In this document: one piece after another, positions 38,872-48,150 of the stretch
Layout: the number at the start of each line of letters is the position of its first letter
Numbering within the stretch: position 1 is the stretch's first letter
From: Thermoanaerobaculia bacterium
Lineage (GTDB): Bacteria; Acidobacteriota; Thermoanaerobaculia; Multivoradales; Multivoraceae
Direction of reading: 5' to 3'
NCBI GenBank assembly: GCA_963664405.1
Contig: OY761158.1
Span: 5,696,001-5,760,000, forward strand
DNA length: 64,000 nt
Notes under the pieces: model-generated
The model's input: only the letters and a program-made list of their open reading frames with translations
The model's database searches: none
What the model was told of the DNA's origin: nothing
Translations under genes and position numbers: made by a program

Positions 38872-39945
38872 GTGAACCTCCGTAGCCTGGACCTCGCCGA
38901 GCTTCAGGCCTTTTTCGTCGAGGCTGGTGAGCCAAGCTACCGCTCGACCCAGGTGTTTCGGAGGATTCACCGACATGGCGCTCGCAAGTTGGATGAATTC
39001 ACCGAGCTGCCCGCCGAGCTGAGAAGGCGCTTGGAAGGCTGCCTGCCTTCCGCCGAGGTGGAAGATCGGGCTGTCGACGCCGGCGGAACGGAAAAGGTGA
39101 TCTTCCGAGCTCCAGATGAGAAGGGCTCTTCGAGGTTCCTGGAGGCGGTCTGGATCGTCGGCGATGAGCGGCTCACGGTTTGCGTGTCGTCTCAGGTCGG
39201 CTGCACTCTGGATTGCAGTTTTTGCGCTACCGGCACTCTCCCTTTCAAGGGCAATTTGGCGTCGTGGCAGATTGTCGATCAGGTTTACGCTCTCGAACGG
39301 CTGCGCGGGCGTCGCGCGACCAACGTCGTATTCATGGGAATGGGGGAGCCCTTTCACAACTACGATCAAGTGATCGCTGCCGCGCACCTCCTGTGTCATC
39401 CTGAGGGAGCGGCTCTCGGGGCTCGACGCATCACGATCTCTACAGCGGGGGTTACGCCGGGTGTCGACCGTTTCGCGAGCGAGCGTCAGCCCTTTCGGCT
39501 GGCGATCTCCTTGAATCATCCTGATCCCGAGCAGCGCAGCTCGATCATGCCGCATAATGAGCGATACCCTCTCCAAGAGCTGCTGGTTTCTGCGAGACGG
39601 TACACGACGGAGTCGGGGCGCTCGGTCACCTTCGAGTATGTGATGATGCCTGGGATCAATATGGGGACGAGACACCTCGAGCAGCTGGTCAAGATCGGGC
39701 GGTCGATGCGTTGCAAGATCAACCTCATCCCTCTCAACACCGATCTCGGAGGCTTGCGGCGGCCGACCACGGAAGAAGCGACGGACTTTCAGCGCCGCCT
39801 CTCCTCGGCTGGAGTGCTTGCGTTCAACCGAGGCTCTCCGGGGCGCAACGTTGAAGGGGCTTGCGGGATGCTCGCGCTGAGACGCCTAGGGTCCGCGTCG
39901 CCGGCCGGGGGTGGCGCAGAGTCACCGGCCCTGGAGGTTTTTTGA
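38872..39945 (+). CDS. rlmN: Dual-specificity rRNA/tRNA m2A methyltransferase (radical SAM)
   Basis: CVSSQVGCTLDCSFCATG, VFMGMGEP, ISTAG, LAISL, FEYV, NLIPLN and GACGML. Confidence 0.95.
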   Translation: MNLRSLDLAELQAFFVEAGEPSYRSTQVFRRIHRHGARKLDEFTELPAELRRRLEGCLPSAEVEDRAVDAGGTEKVIFRAPDEKGSSRFLEAVWIVGDERLTVCVSSQVGCTLDCSFCATGTLPFKGNLASWQIVDQVYALERLRGRRATNVVFMGMGEPFHNYDQVIAAAHLLCHPEGAALGARRITISTAGVTPGVDRFASERQPFRLAISLNHPDPEQRSSIMPHNERYPLQELLVSARRYTTESGRSVTFEYVMMPGINMGTRHLEQLVKIGRSMRCKINLIPLNTDLGGLRRPTTEEATDFQRRLSSAGVLAFNRGSPGRNVEGACGMLALRRLGSASPAGGGAESPALEVF

Positions 39946-40325
39946 GATCGCTCCTGCTGCGTTGGATCGGTACCACTTTGGCGATCTTTCTCGCCGCCAA
40001 GGTGTTGCCCGGAATCGAATATTCGGGGCCGTGGTGGGGTCTGTTGCTGGTCGCAGCGCTCTCAGGCCTGGTCAACGCTCTAGTACGACCCATCGTGGTT
40101 CTGCTGACCTGCCCCTTCGTCATTCTCACTCTGGGTCTCGGGCTGCTGCTGATCAACGCGGCGATGCTCGGTTTGGTGGCGTGGTTGGCGGGAGACTGGT
40201 TGGTCGTTTCCGGGTGCTTCCCTGCCTTCTTCGGAGCTCTCGTGATCAGTCTGGTCAGCGCTCTCTTCAACGCGCTGGTCGGGGACGATCGGATCGATGT
40301 CGAGATAGATCGGTTGCGGGGCTGA
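39942..40325 (+). CDS. Four-TM membrane protein of the YvlD / phage holin superfamily IV family
   Basis: LVNALVRPIVVLLTCPFVILTLGL..LLINA signature; TTG overlaps the rlmN stop, after GGAGG. Confidence 0.85.
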   Translation: MRSLLLRWIGTTLAIFLAAKVLPGIEYSGPWWGLLLVAALSGLVNALVRPIVVLLTCPFVILTLGLGLLLINAAMLGLVAWLAGDWLVVSGCFPAFFGALVISLVSALFNALVGDDRIDVEIDRLRG

Positions 40326-40335
40326 GGTTTTCGCC

Positions 40336-40364
40336 TTGACTCTGAGAAGCCCTTTCAATACCTT
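40336..40364 (+). promoter_or_regulatory. Sigma70-type promoter upstream of bactofilin
   Basis: TTGACT-N17-TACCTT. Confidence 0.5.
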
Positions 40365-40410
40365 TGGACATTCAGGATCTCAGACCTAGCCATCCAAAGC
40401 GAGGACACCT

Positions 40411-40953
40411 ATGAGTGTTTGGAAAAAGACAGACGCCGACGAAACGCAGCCGCAGTCGCAGTCGCATAAGCAATCGCAGAGCGCACCCCCTTCCCAGCCT
40501 CGTCGCGGAGCAGAGGCGCAGAGGTCGAGAAATGTGGCGACGATTGGCCCTTCCATCGCCATCCGCGGCGATGTCACGGGTGAGGAGGACCTACTGATCG
40601 AGGGGCGGATCGAAGGCAAGGTCTTGCTGCAGAAGAACCATGTGACCGTGGGCAAGAACGGTCGGGTGAAGGCCGATGTCTTTGCCAGGTCTGTGGCTGT
40701 CGAGGGAGAGGTCGAAGGCGACCTCATGGGCCAGGAGGAGGTCACGGTTCGACCCTCGGGCAAGGTGCGCGGCAACATCCAGGCGCCCAGTGTCACCCTC
40801 GACAGCGGCTGTCGATTCCAAGGGTCCATCGACATGGAAAAGGGGCGTCAACAGCAGGGGAAAGAAGCAAAGCCCGCGGAGGTAAAGCCGAAGGTCCAGG
40901 CTCCGAGTCAGGAACAGACGACGTTGAAGCCTGCCGCAGGTACGTCTCCGTAG
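40411..40953 (+). CDS. Bactofilin (polymer-forming cytoskeletal protein)
   Basis: TIGPSIAIRGDVTGEEDLLIEGRIEG...V.G.V.GD...G.V.GNI.AP...GCRFQGSIDM beta-helix with low-complexity tails. Confidence 0.92.
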   Translation: MSVWKKTDADETQPQSQSHKQSQSAPPSQPRRGAEAQRSRNVATIGPSIAIRGDVTGEEDLLIEGRIEGKVLLQKNHVTVGKNGRVKADVFARSVAVEGEVEGDLMGQEEVTVRPSGKVRGNIQAPSVTLDSGCRFQGSIDMEKGRQQQGKEAKPAEVKPKVQAPSQEQTTLKPAAGTSP

Positions 40954-40986
40954 CCGGGGGCTCGCCCCCCGGGGCGACATCAGGCG

Positions 40987-41625
40987 TTGGAAGAGCGCAA
41001 CACCACCCAACCGAGCGACTACTCGTCGTTCGTACTAGAAGGTCTCTTGGAGGGCCTTCGTCGGCCGCCCAAGAAGGTCGTTTTAGACCTGGGACCCGCT
41101 AGCGGCGAGAACGTCGACCAGCTGGCTGCCTATACCGGGAATAACTACAAGCTGTTCATCGCCAATTTCTTCGAGCAGCTCTCGGAGGCGGGTCCGAGCG
41201 CGCGGCGCAACCCTCCGACCTTTGCCTCCACTTGTGAGCGACTGTTGAATTTTCCAGCCGGGACTCGCTTTGATCTCATCTTCGCCTGGGACCTATTCAA
41301 CTATCTGACACTGTTGGAGGTCGAGGCCCTGGTGGGCTACTTAGGTCGGCACAGCCATGGCGGAACGCACCTCATGGCGCTGGTCTCGATCTACAAGATG
41401 ATGCCAGACAGGCCGTTTCAATTCATGATCCGCAGCCCGGACACTCTCCGCTACGAGACTCTCTCTCGGGCTCTACGCGACAGTCCACGATATACAGAGA
41501 ATCAGCTCGTCAAGCGGATGTCGGGCTTCCGCGTGGAAAAGGCGATGCTGTTGCGCAACGGCATGCAGGAGTACAGCTTCGTGCTCGATGAAAGCGAGGG
41601 AGCGGCGGAGAGCAAGGGCGGGTGA
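40987..41625 (+). CDS. Class I SAM methyltransferase-like protein
   Basis: Motifs VLDLGPASGEN and FDLIFAWDLFNYL; directly follows bactofilin. Confidence 0.65.
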   Translation: MEERNTTQPSDYSSFVLEGLLEGLRRPPKKVVLDLGPASGENVDQLAAYTGNNYKLFIANFFEQLSEAGPSARRNPPTFASTCERLLNFPAGTRFDLIFAWDLFNYLTLLEVEALVGYLGRHSHGGTHLMALVSIYKMMPDRPFQFMIRSPDTLRYETLSRALRDSPRYTENQLVKRMSGFRVEKAMLLRNGMQEYSFVLDESEGAAESKGG

Positions 41626-42138
41626 GTGTGGGTCTTCGGCTACGGGTCGTTGGTCTGGCGCCCCTCGATCCCTTTTCTCGAGCGTCAGCCGGCGTATATT
41701 GAGGGGTGGTGCCGCCGCTTCTGGCAGGGATCTCCGGATCATCGTGGACTACCGGAGGCTCCGGGTCGAGTCGCAACCCTGGTGGAGGAGAGCGGCCAGA
41801 GCTGTTGGGGCATGGCCTATCGGGTGCCCTCGGCGGAGAGCGCGGCCGTCATGGAGGCACTGGATCACAGAGAAAAGGGCGGCTACGAACGGCGCCGGGT
41901 CCGGGTTTTCTTGGCGGAGAAGGCTGAGACCGAGGTCTGCGGCCTTGTCTACATCGCACGACCGAACAACCCGCACTATCTCGGCCCCGCGTCACTAGAA
42001 GAGATCGCGGCACAGGTCCTCCGCAGCGAGGGACCTAGCGGCCACAACCGGGAGTACGTGCGACGTCTGGCGTCGGCGCTCAGAGAGATGCAGGCGACCG
42101 ACGATCACGTCTTCGCCCTTGCCCGGCTGGTTGGCTAG
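41626..42138 (+). CDS. chaC: ChaC-family glutathione-specific gamma-glutamylcyclotransferase
   Basis: Motifs WVFGYGSLVW, RRFWQGSPDHRG, PGRVATL, LDHRE and GPSGHNREY. Confidence 0.92.
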   Translation: MWVFGYGSLVWRPSIPFLERQPAYIEGWCRRFWQGSPDHRGLPEAPGRVATLVEESGQSCWGMAYRVPSAESAAVMEALDHREKGGYERRRVRVFLAEKAETEVCGLVYIARPNNPHYLGPASLEEIAAQVLRSEGPSGHNREYVRRLASALREMQATDDHVFALARLVG

Positions 42139-42168
42139 CGAATCGAAGGTCTCGAGAACCCGACAGGG

Positions 42169-42777
42169 TCACTGGCTCGCGACGACAAACCCCGGCCTCT
42201 CGGCGAGGCGGGCCTGATAGCTCTGAACGACCGGATATTGGCCATCGAGGACTCCGACCCTCTCCGCCAGCTTCAGCGAGTAGCCCATCATGATGTCGGC
42301 GGCGGTGAAGGTCTCGTCGATCAGGTATTTCTTGCCGCTTAGCGCTGTCTCCAGAGCCTCGAGACAGGTGCGGGCCCGGGCCTCAGCGTCTTTCACTACT
42401 GCAGGGATCCGCTCCGCCTCAGGCTTGAGCCGCGTATGGTGAATGATGTCGCCGAGGGGGCGGGCGAGGGTCGCTTCTGCGAACCAGCACCACTGCAGGT
42501 AGATTGCGCTTGCCGCGCTTCCAGGGGGCGGCTGGAGGCGTCCGTCGGCATAACGCTGGAGGATGTACTGGACCATCGCGCCCGACTCGAACATCGAGAA
42601 CCCCTCGTCTGACATGGCCGGGACCTTGCCGGTTGGGCTCAGTGCCCGCCACTCTGCGCGGTTGCGGTACTCGGGAGAAAAGTCGATAGGGACGACTTCA
42701 TAAGGGTGACCCAGCTCTTCGCAGAGCCAAATGACCCTGAGCGAGCGTGTGCCGGGGACGTGGTAGATCTTCAACAC
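42169..42777 (-). CDS. Glutathione S-transferase family protein
   Basis: GTG at 42777 gives MLKIYHVPGTRSLRVIWLCEELG; motifs PTGKVP, FESGA and FTAADI. Confidence 0.9.
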   Translation of the reverse strand: MLKIYHVPGTRSLRVIWLCEELGHPYEVVPIDFSPEYRNRAEWRALSPTGKVPAMSDEGFSMFESGAMVQYILQRYADGRLQPPPGSAASAIYLQWCWFAEATLARPLGDIIHHTRLKPEAERIPAVVKDAEARARTCLEALETALSGKKYLIDETFTAADIMMGYSLKLAERVGVLDGQYPVVQSYQARLAERPGFVVASQ

Positions 42778-42793
42778 TGTCCGATCTCCCTGT

Positions 42794-42805
42794 TCAAGTA
42801 CTTGA
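42794..42805. promoter_or_regulatory. Palindromic operator candidate upstream of the GST gene
   Basis: Perfect palindrome TCAAGTACTTGA just upstream of the GST ribosome-binding site. Confidence 0.35.
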
Positions 42806-42944
42806 CGACCGATAGCACGCTGCGATCGATGCGACGTTGGTACGAGACCTTGTTCATCATGGTCCGAACCAGGTGGATTCCGAGGGCGCGCTGACGAAGT
42901 GTTGAACCGATCTAGGTGCGGTGCGAACTGCGTCCTCAGCGGAC

Positions 42945-44339
42945 TCAACCCGCGTGCCAGGAGCCCTCCGCCTCGAGCTCGCCGGCGAGGTGATCGAGCC
43001 CGCGGCCAACGCAGTGAACGATCTCGTCGACGTCGCTCTTCTCGATCACTAGCGGAGGAGAGAAGGCGAGAGTGTCGCGCATGGCACGAACGATGACGCC
43101 ATCCTCGAGGGCGAGGCGCGACAACCGACGTCCGACCTTGTTCTCGGGGTCGAAAGGTCTCTTTTCCGCTTTGCTGGCGACAAGCTCGACTCCGGCAACG
43201 AGTCCCACACCTCGGACCTCGCCGACGAGCGGATGCGGCGCTAGCTCTGAGCGGAGCCGTTTCTGGAAATAGGCGCCGATGGTCGCCGCATTGTCGATCA
43301 ATCCTTCCTTTTCGATGACATCGAGATTGGCGAGCGCGGTCGCCGCCGCGACCGGATGACCGCTGTAGGTATAGCCGTGAGAGAAAGGCCCGTGCTCTTT
43401 CGAGCCCACGCGTAATACCTCCCACACTGGATCCGACACCAGGCAGGCGGACATCGGTATATAGCCGCTGGTGAGACCTTTGGCCACCGACATGAGGTCC
43501 GGCTCGAGTCCGTAATAGTCCGACCCGAAAGGAGCTCCCAGGCGGCCAAAGCCGCAGATGACTTCGTCGGCGATGAAGAGGATGTCGTGCTGGCGCAGAA
43601 GCGGCAGTATGCGCTCGAAATAGCCCTGGGGCGGTACGATCACGCCGCCTGCCCCCATCACCGGCTCGGCGATCATGGCCGCCAGGGTGTCCGCCCCTTC
43701 GTACTCGATGAGCTTGGCGAGCTCGGCCGCGAGGATGTCGGAGAACTCCTCTTCGCCGACACCCGGTGGAGCGTTTCTATAGTGATGTGGCTGCTCGAGG
43801 TGAAGGAACCCATCGAGTGGAAGGTCGAAGACTGCGTGCATCGGTGCGAGCCCTGTGAGGCTGGCGGCGCCGAGGGTGACGCCGTGGTAGGCGCCGTGCA
43901 GGGAGATGATCTTCTTCTTCGCCTTCTTGCCGCGTACATTGTTGTAGTAGCGGACGATCTTGATCTGTGTGTCGTTGGCTTCAGAGCCGGAGTTGGCGAA
44001 GAAGACTTTCGACAGATTCCCCGGGGCCATGGCGGTGAGGCGCTCGGCCAGGAGTATGGCGGGTGTCGTCGAGCTCGACGCGAAGGAGTGGTAATAGGAC
44101 AGTCGGCTTGCTTGGGCCGCCATCGCTTCCACCAGCTCCGATCGTCCGTAGCCGACGTTGACGCACCACAACCCGGCCATGGCATCGATGTATTCGCGAC
44201 CGTGGCGATCGCGAACGCGAACCCCCTTCGCCTCGTCGATGATCAGGGGCCCCTCGTCGAGGTGCTCCTGGATCGAAGTGAAAGGGTGTAGAAGGGTCCT
44301 TCGGTCGAGCTCCTCGAGGCTGACCGGCGTTGTCGTCAC
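42945..44339 (-). CDS. Class III PLP-dependent aminotransferase (omega-amine/putrescine-pyruvate type)
   Basis: Motifs HPFT, AGLWCVNVGYG, SGSEAND, AYHG, EPVMGAGG, DEVICGFGR, AKGLTSGY and HGYTYSGHP. Confidence 0.9.
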   Translation of the reverse strand: MTTTPVSLEELDRRTLLHPFTSIQEHLDEGPLIIDEAKGVRVRDRHGREYIDAMAGLWCVNVGYGRSELVEAMAAQASRLSYYHSFASSSTTPAILLAERLTAMAPGNLSKVFFANSGSEANDTQIKIVRYYNNVRGKKAKKKIISLHGAYHGVTLGAASLTGLAPMHAVFDLPLDGFLHLEQPHHYRNAPPGVGEEEFSDILAAELAKLIEYEGADTLAAMIAEPVMGAGGVIVPPQGYFERILPLLRQHDILFIADEVICGFGRLGAPFGSDYYGLEPDLMSVAKGLTSGYIPMSACLVSDPVWEVLRVGSKEHGPFSHGYTYSGHPVAAATALANLDVIEKEGLIDNAATIGAYFQKRLRSELAPHPLVGEVRGVGLVAGVELVASKAEKRPFDPENKVGRRLSRLALEDGVIVRAMRDTLAFSPPLVIEKSDVDEIVHCVGRGLDHLAGELEAEGSWHAG

Positions 44340-44680
44340 GCGGTCGGAGTGCTGGGTGGATCCGTCTCGGCGGTGCCGAAGATCTCGCCGAGCTGGCCGT
44401 TGCCGTGCATCTCCATCAGGATGTCGCAGCCGCCGATGAATTCGCCGTCAACGTAGAGTTGAGGGATGGTCGGCCAGTCGCTGAACTCCTTGATTCCCTC
44501 GCGGATCGCGGGGTCTTCGAGGACGTTCACGCTGCCGAAGTCGACGCCGTAGTGCTGCAGAATCTGCACCGTCTGCTGCGAAAAGCCGCACTGGGGAAAG
44601 GCCGGCGTGCCTTTCATGAAGAGCGTTACTCGTTTGCTCTTGAGGGTGTTCTCGATCTGGTCTTTGACGTCGCTATTCAT
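44336..44680 (-). CDS. grxD: Monothiol glutaredoxin (Grx4)
   Basis: Motifs FMKG, PQCGFS, WPTIPQLY and GGCD; ATG at 44680. Confidence 0.95.
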   Translation of the reverse strand: MNSDVKDQIENTLKSKRVTLFMKGTPAFPQCGFSQQTVQILQHYGVDFGSVNVLEDPAIREGIKEFSDWPTIPQLYVDGEFIGGCDILMEMHGNGQLGEIFGTAETDPPSTPTA

Positions 44681-44711
44681 TGCTCTTCTCCTACAGATGA
44701 CTGGGGAAGGT

Positions 44712-44975
44712 CTAGACGACCGATAGCGGTCCTTTGCTCTGCGCCTGCTCCCACTTGTCGGGAGTGTAGGTGCGCAGCTGGAGGGCGTGAACGCGCTCGC
44801 TGTCAAATTCCCCTTTGAGCGCGTTCATCACCAGCTGGTGCTGGCGTACCAGGCTGAGGTCCTCGAAGTCGACACTGATGACGACTGCCGCGAAGTGGGA
44901 GTCGTCCGGTGAGTCCACGTGAACAACAGCGTTGGGTAGCGATCTCCGGATGGCCTCTTCGATCATGTGCTTCAT
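44712..44975 (-). CDS. bolA: BolA/IbaG family protein
   Basis: HF..VVIS..F...SLVRQHQLV and VHALQLRTYTP; adjacent to grxD. Confidence 0.9.
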   Translation of the reverse strand: MKHMIEEAIRRSLPNAVVHVDSPDDSHFAAVVISVDFEDLSLVRQHQLVMNALKGEFDSERVHALQLRTYTPDKWEQAQSKGPLSVV

Positions 44976-45068
44976 CGTGCTCTGAGGGCCGGAAAAGGGC
45001 CGGGCCACAGCTCACTATGATAGCAGGCTCTCGGAGTACCGGGACAGCCGCGGGAGAGCTTCGTCGAC

Positions 45069-47737
45069 TCAGGGATCCCCGGGGAAGGCGGCGGTATCGC
45101 CCAGTCCGCAGATGTTGCCGCCCTCGTTGGCGTACTCCTTGGATACCCCGGTCGCCGTATCGGTGACCTTGATCGTGTACTCGACGTCCGACAGCGCGCC
45201 ATAGAAGAACCAGAAGCCTCCGGTGATGGCCTGGCCGTCCAAGGATTTGACGACCAGCTCGATATTGTCCGAGTCGAAGAACCAGAAGAATCCCGACTCG
45301 TCGCTGAAGGGAACGGCGGTGCCGACCCCGGTGTCGCTGTTGCGGTGATTGCGCCAATCGACACTTACCTCGAATCGACCGTCGAGGAGGCATAGCGTCA
45401 GGTCGTCGGCGACGCAGGCTTCGCGGCTGACCAGGCGAGGTCGAGGCGCCTCCAAGCCGTCGAGAGTGGAGGGATGTGACGATCGGTACAGCGCACTGGC
45501 GGATAACTCTGATCTCGTGCTTCCCGGCGCGCCCGGCTCGGGAAAAGCGAGCGTGTCCCCCAGCCCGCAGATGTTCCCAGGCTCGTTGCGGTAAAGACGT
45601 CGCGCTCCACTCGCGGTGTCGGTGACAGTAATCCAATACTCCACATCCGACAGTGCTCCATAGAAGAGCCAGTGCGCGCCGGTGAGACTTCGGCCGTCCA
45701 GAGATTTGACGATCAACTCGACATTGTCTGGGCTGAAGAACCAGAACAAGCCGCTTTGGTTGGTCCCCTCGATGGCGGTGCCGAAGCCGGTATTGCCGTT
45801 GCGCTGATTCCGCCACTCCACCTCTACCTTGAAGCGACTTTCGAGCAGACAGAGGTGCCGGTCGGAAGCCTCGCAGCCGGGTGCGTCGTCGTCATCTTCG
45901 ATGACGATCACTCCGGTCTCGAGAAGAACGCTCGGTCCTTGGCCGACCTGAAAGCTGGTGAGAAAAAGCTCGACAAGCTCGGTGCCCTCGGCGCGGAAGT
46001 CGTTGACAATCGGCACGGTGACCACCTTGGTCGTTGCGTCTTCGTTGGTCCAGGTGACCGAGACCTGCTTTGTCTCGTAATCGAGACCGGCTGCGGCGCT
46101 CAAATCGCCGGTGCTCAAGGTTACGGTCTTCGAACCGGCTGCGCCGTTGGTACGGGTCAATCTGATGACCGCGGTGCCGGTGGATTCGGAGCCGAGGATG
46201 GTGGGTGTTTCGAAGCCGATCTCGCCTGGTGACGTGTTTGCCAGGTCGATCGTTACCCGATTGCTTCCGGAGCTCTCTCCGGATTCATTGTAGGACCGTA
46301 CTTCGTAGGTCTGGCTCGATGTGACGTCGAGGTCGAGATCGATGAAGCTGGTTCCGTTCTTCGAGACCTCCGCCAAGGGCTCGAAATCGCTTCCGTCTCT
46401 ACGGCGGTAGACACGGAAGCCGTCTTCGTCGTTCGAGCGGTCGGTCCAGGTGAGGCGGATCGATCCGCCCAAGAACTCGAGGATCAGATCGGTCGGTGCC
46501 TTCGGTGGCGGTGCGCTCCCATAGACTGCTCGCGCAGCAGCTCGGTCGTCGGAGCCGATCCGCGCGCCGCGGCCGTCGTTGTGCACGGTAGCTCGCATCA
46601 GCGCTTCGTCGCGCGCCACACTCGACGAACACCTCGGAGAAGATGAGTCACCACAGGAGTGACCGAATCCAAGCGCATGCCCGATCTCGTGGGCCAGGAT
46701 CTCGGAGAGGCGCAGACTGCTATCGAGGAGATAGCAGCCGATGTTCCTGTTGGTGATGTGACTTCACCTTCAAAAATGTGGAAGTACTGCTTACCCTTGA
46801 AGCCGCCAGGGACCTGGAAGTAGCGCGTGCCGCCGATGGCGAGGATCCCACCTTCGAAGCAGAGAAAGGAGTCGTCGATGTCGCCGCTGAGGTCATTCCA
46901 GAGGAAAGTGTTTGAGCCGTCTCGGCCGGCGAAGCCGGCTGAGGCCGCGGTCTGGCCGCCGTAGTTCATGTCGATGTCGGTCCGGGAGACTTCGTTCCAG
47001 ACCGCCAAGGCACGGCGTGCCTCGGCGAAGCCACCGTTGGTCATTCCAGGCTGTCCGGAGCGGTGAGCAACCCACTCGACGCTGTCGCCGTCACCAAAAT
47101 CGAACCAGCGCAGCGGGATGTTGGTACCCGGGTCACGGATCAGAGTGAAGCGCGGCTCGAGACTTTCTCGGTCGACGTCGACAAAATAGTCGGCCCTACG
47201 TTCCGTGCCGGCGACGCGATCCTGGAGCCAGCGAACGAAGCGCGTCCGGTCTCGCCACTTCGACTCTCCCGCCAGACTGCGCCCACGGAGGTCAAACCCC
47301 TGTGCTTCTCCAAGATGAGGTCTTGCCAGCACCTCACGGCCCGCGGCCTCGAAGCTGCGGAAAGCGCCAAGAATGAGGTGGGCAACTCCCCAGGTCCGGT
47401 CGCTGCGCCGGCGAAGAAAGAGAAGGACTCTCTCGCCCGGCTCGAAGACCGGGACTCCCCAGAATCGCAGGCCTTCTCCTTCGGCGATCTCGCCTCCCGG
47501 GAGCCTGACGACGATAGTGGAGCCCGTTCGCGAGTCGCCCTTGACGAGCTCGAGGAGACGGATGCGGTAGTCGGTGGCCAGCCTCTGCGAGGGCGCTAGC
47601 CCAGCGTCCAGTACTTCGAAGACTCCAATCAGCGCGGCCCCATCGGTCAGACTCTCATCCGCCACCTGGATGTAGGTGGTCGCTCTAGACGGAGTCGAGG
47701 AGAGAAGGAGAAGCAGGAGGAGTAGACGCTGTCTCAT
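45069..47737 (-). pseudogene. Large secreted metzincin metalloprotease (FN3, Calx-beta, two C-terminal repeats), split by one frameshift
   Basis: Signal peptide MRQRLLLLLLLLSS. Shifting frame at about 46760 restores EGEV-ITNRNIGC...AHEIGHALGFGHSC...ALM (HEXXHXXGXXH plus Met-turn), followed by FN3 (LTWTDRS..EDGF), a Calx-beta-like domain, and two CL..GRF.V.V.WR...FWFF..DN.EL.VK.LDG...GALSDVEY repeats. Confidence 0.8.
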
Positions 47738-47863
47738 TGTCGGAAGCCCTCCGGGGAGGCGGGGCTCCAAGCCATTATAGGTAGGTATGTCCTCTAAGCA
47801 TATAGATACGTGTCGATTGGTGATTGAACCAGGCGCCTAAAACCTTCAGTCGACAGCCCCCCG

Positions 47864-48150
47864 CTATGGTATTTTGCAAGCGTGTCGGACACACCTGTAG
47901 GGCCCGTGGTTCGGCTCTTGGCCTACATGCGCAAGGCCCGCGGCTACTACCTGATCGGTTTCTTTCTGACCGTCGGTTATGCGTTCCTCTTCCAGCTCGT
48001 TCCGCTGTCGGTGCGTCTATGGTATTTTGCAAGCGTGTCGGACACACCGTCGTGGTTCGCTCTTGGCCTACATGCGCAAGGCCCGCGGCTACTACCTGAT
48101 CGGTTTCTTTCTGAGTGTTCCTCTTCCAGCTCGTTCCGCTGTCGGTGCGT
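47864..48150. repeat. Imperfect tandem duplication (153 bp plus a 134 bp degenerate copy) covering the 5' end of the ABC transporter gene
   Basis: CTATGGTATTTTGCAAGCGTGTCGGACACACC...CTGTCGGTGCGT at 47864-48016 and again at 48017-48150 with several short deletions. Confidence 0.9.

Noticed and set aside
39942-40325. Holin-family gene as a sign of a prophage
   Set aside because: This 4-TM family is common in chromosomes; no endolysin, integrase or structural genes are nearby, and it is coupled to rlmN.
47864-48150. Possible CRISPR array or regulatory repeat
   Set aside because: Only two long units with no spacers; it duplicates coding sequence, and no cas genes are present.
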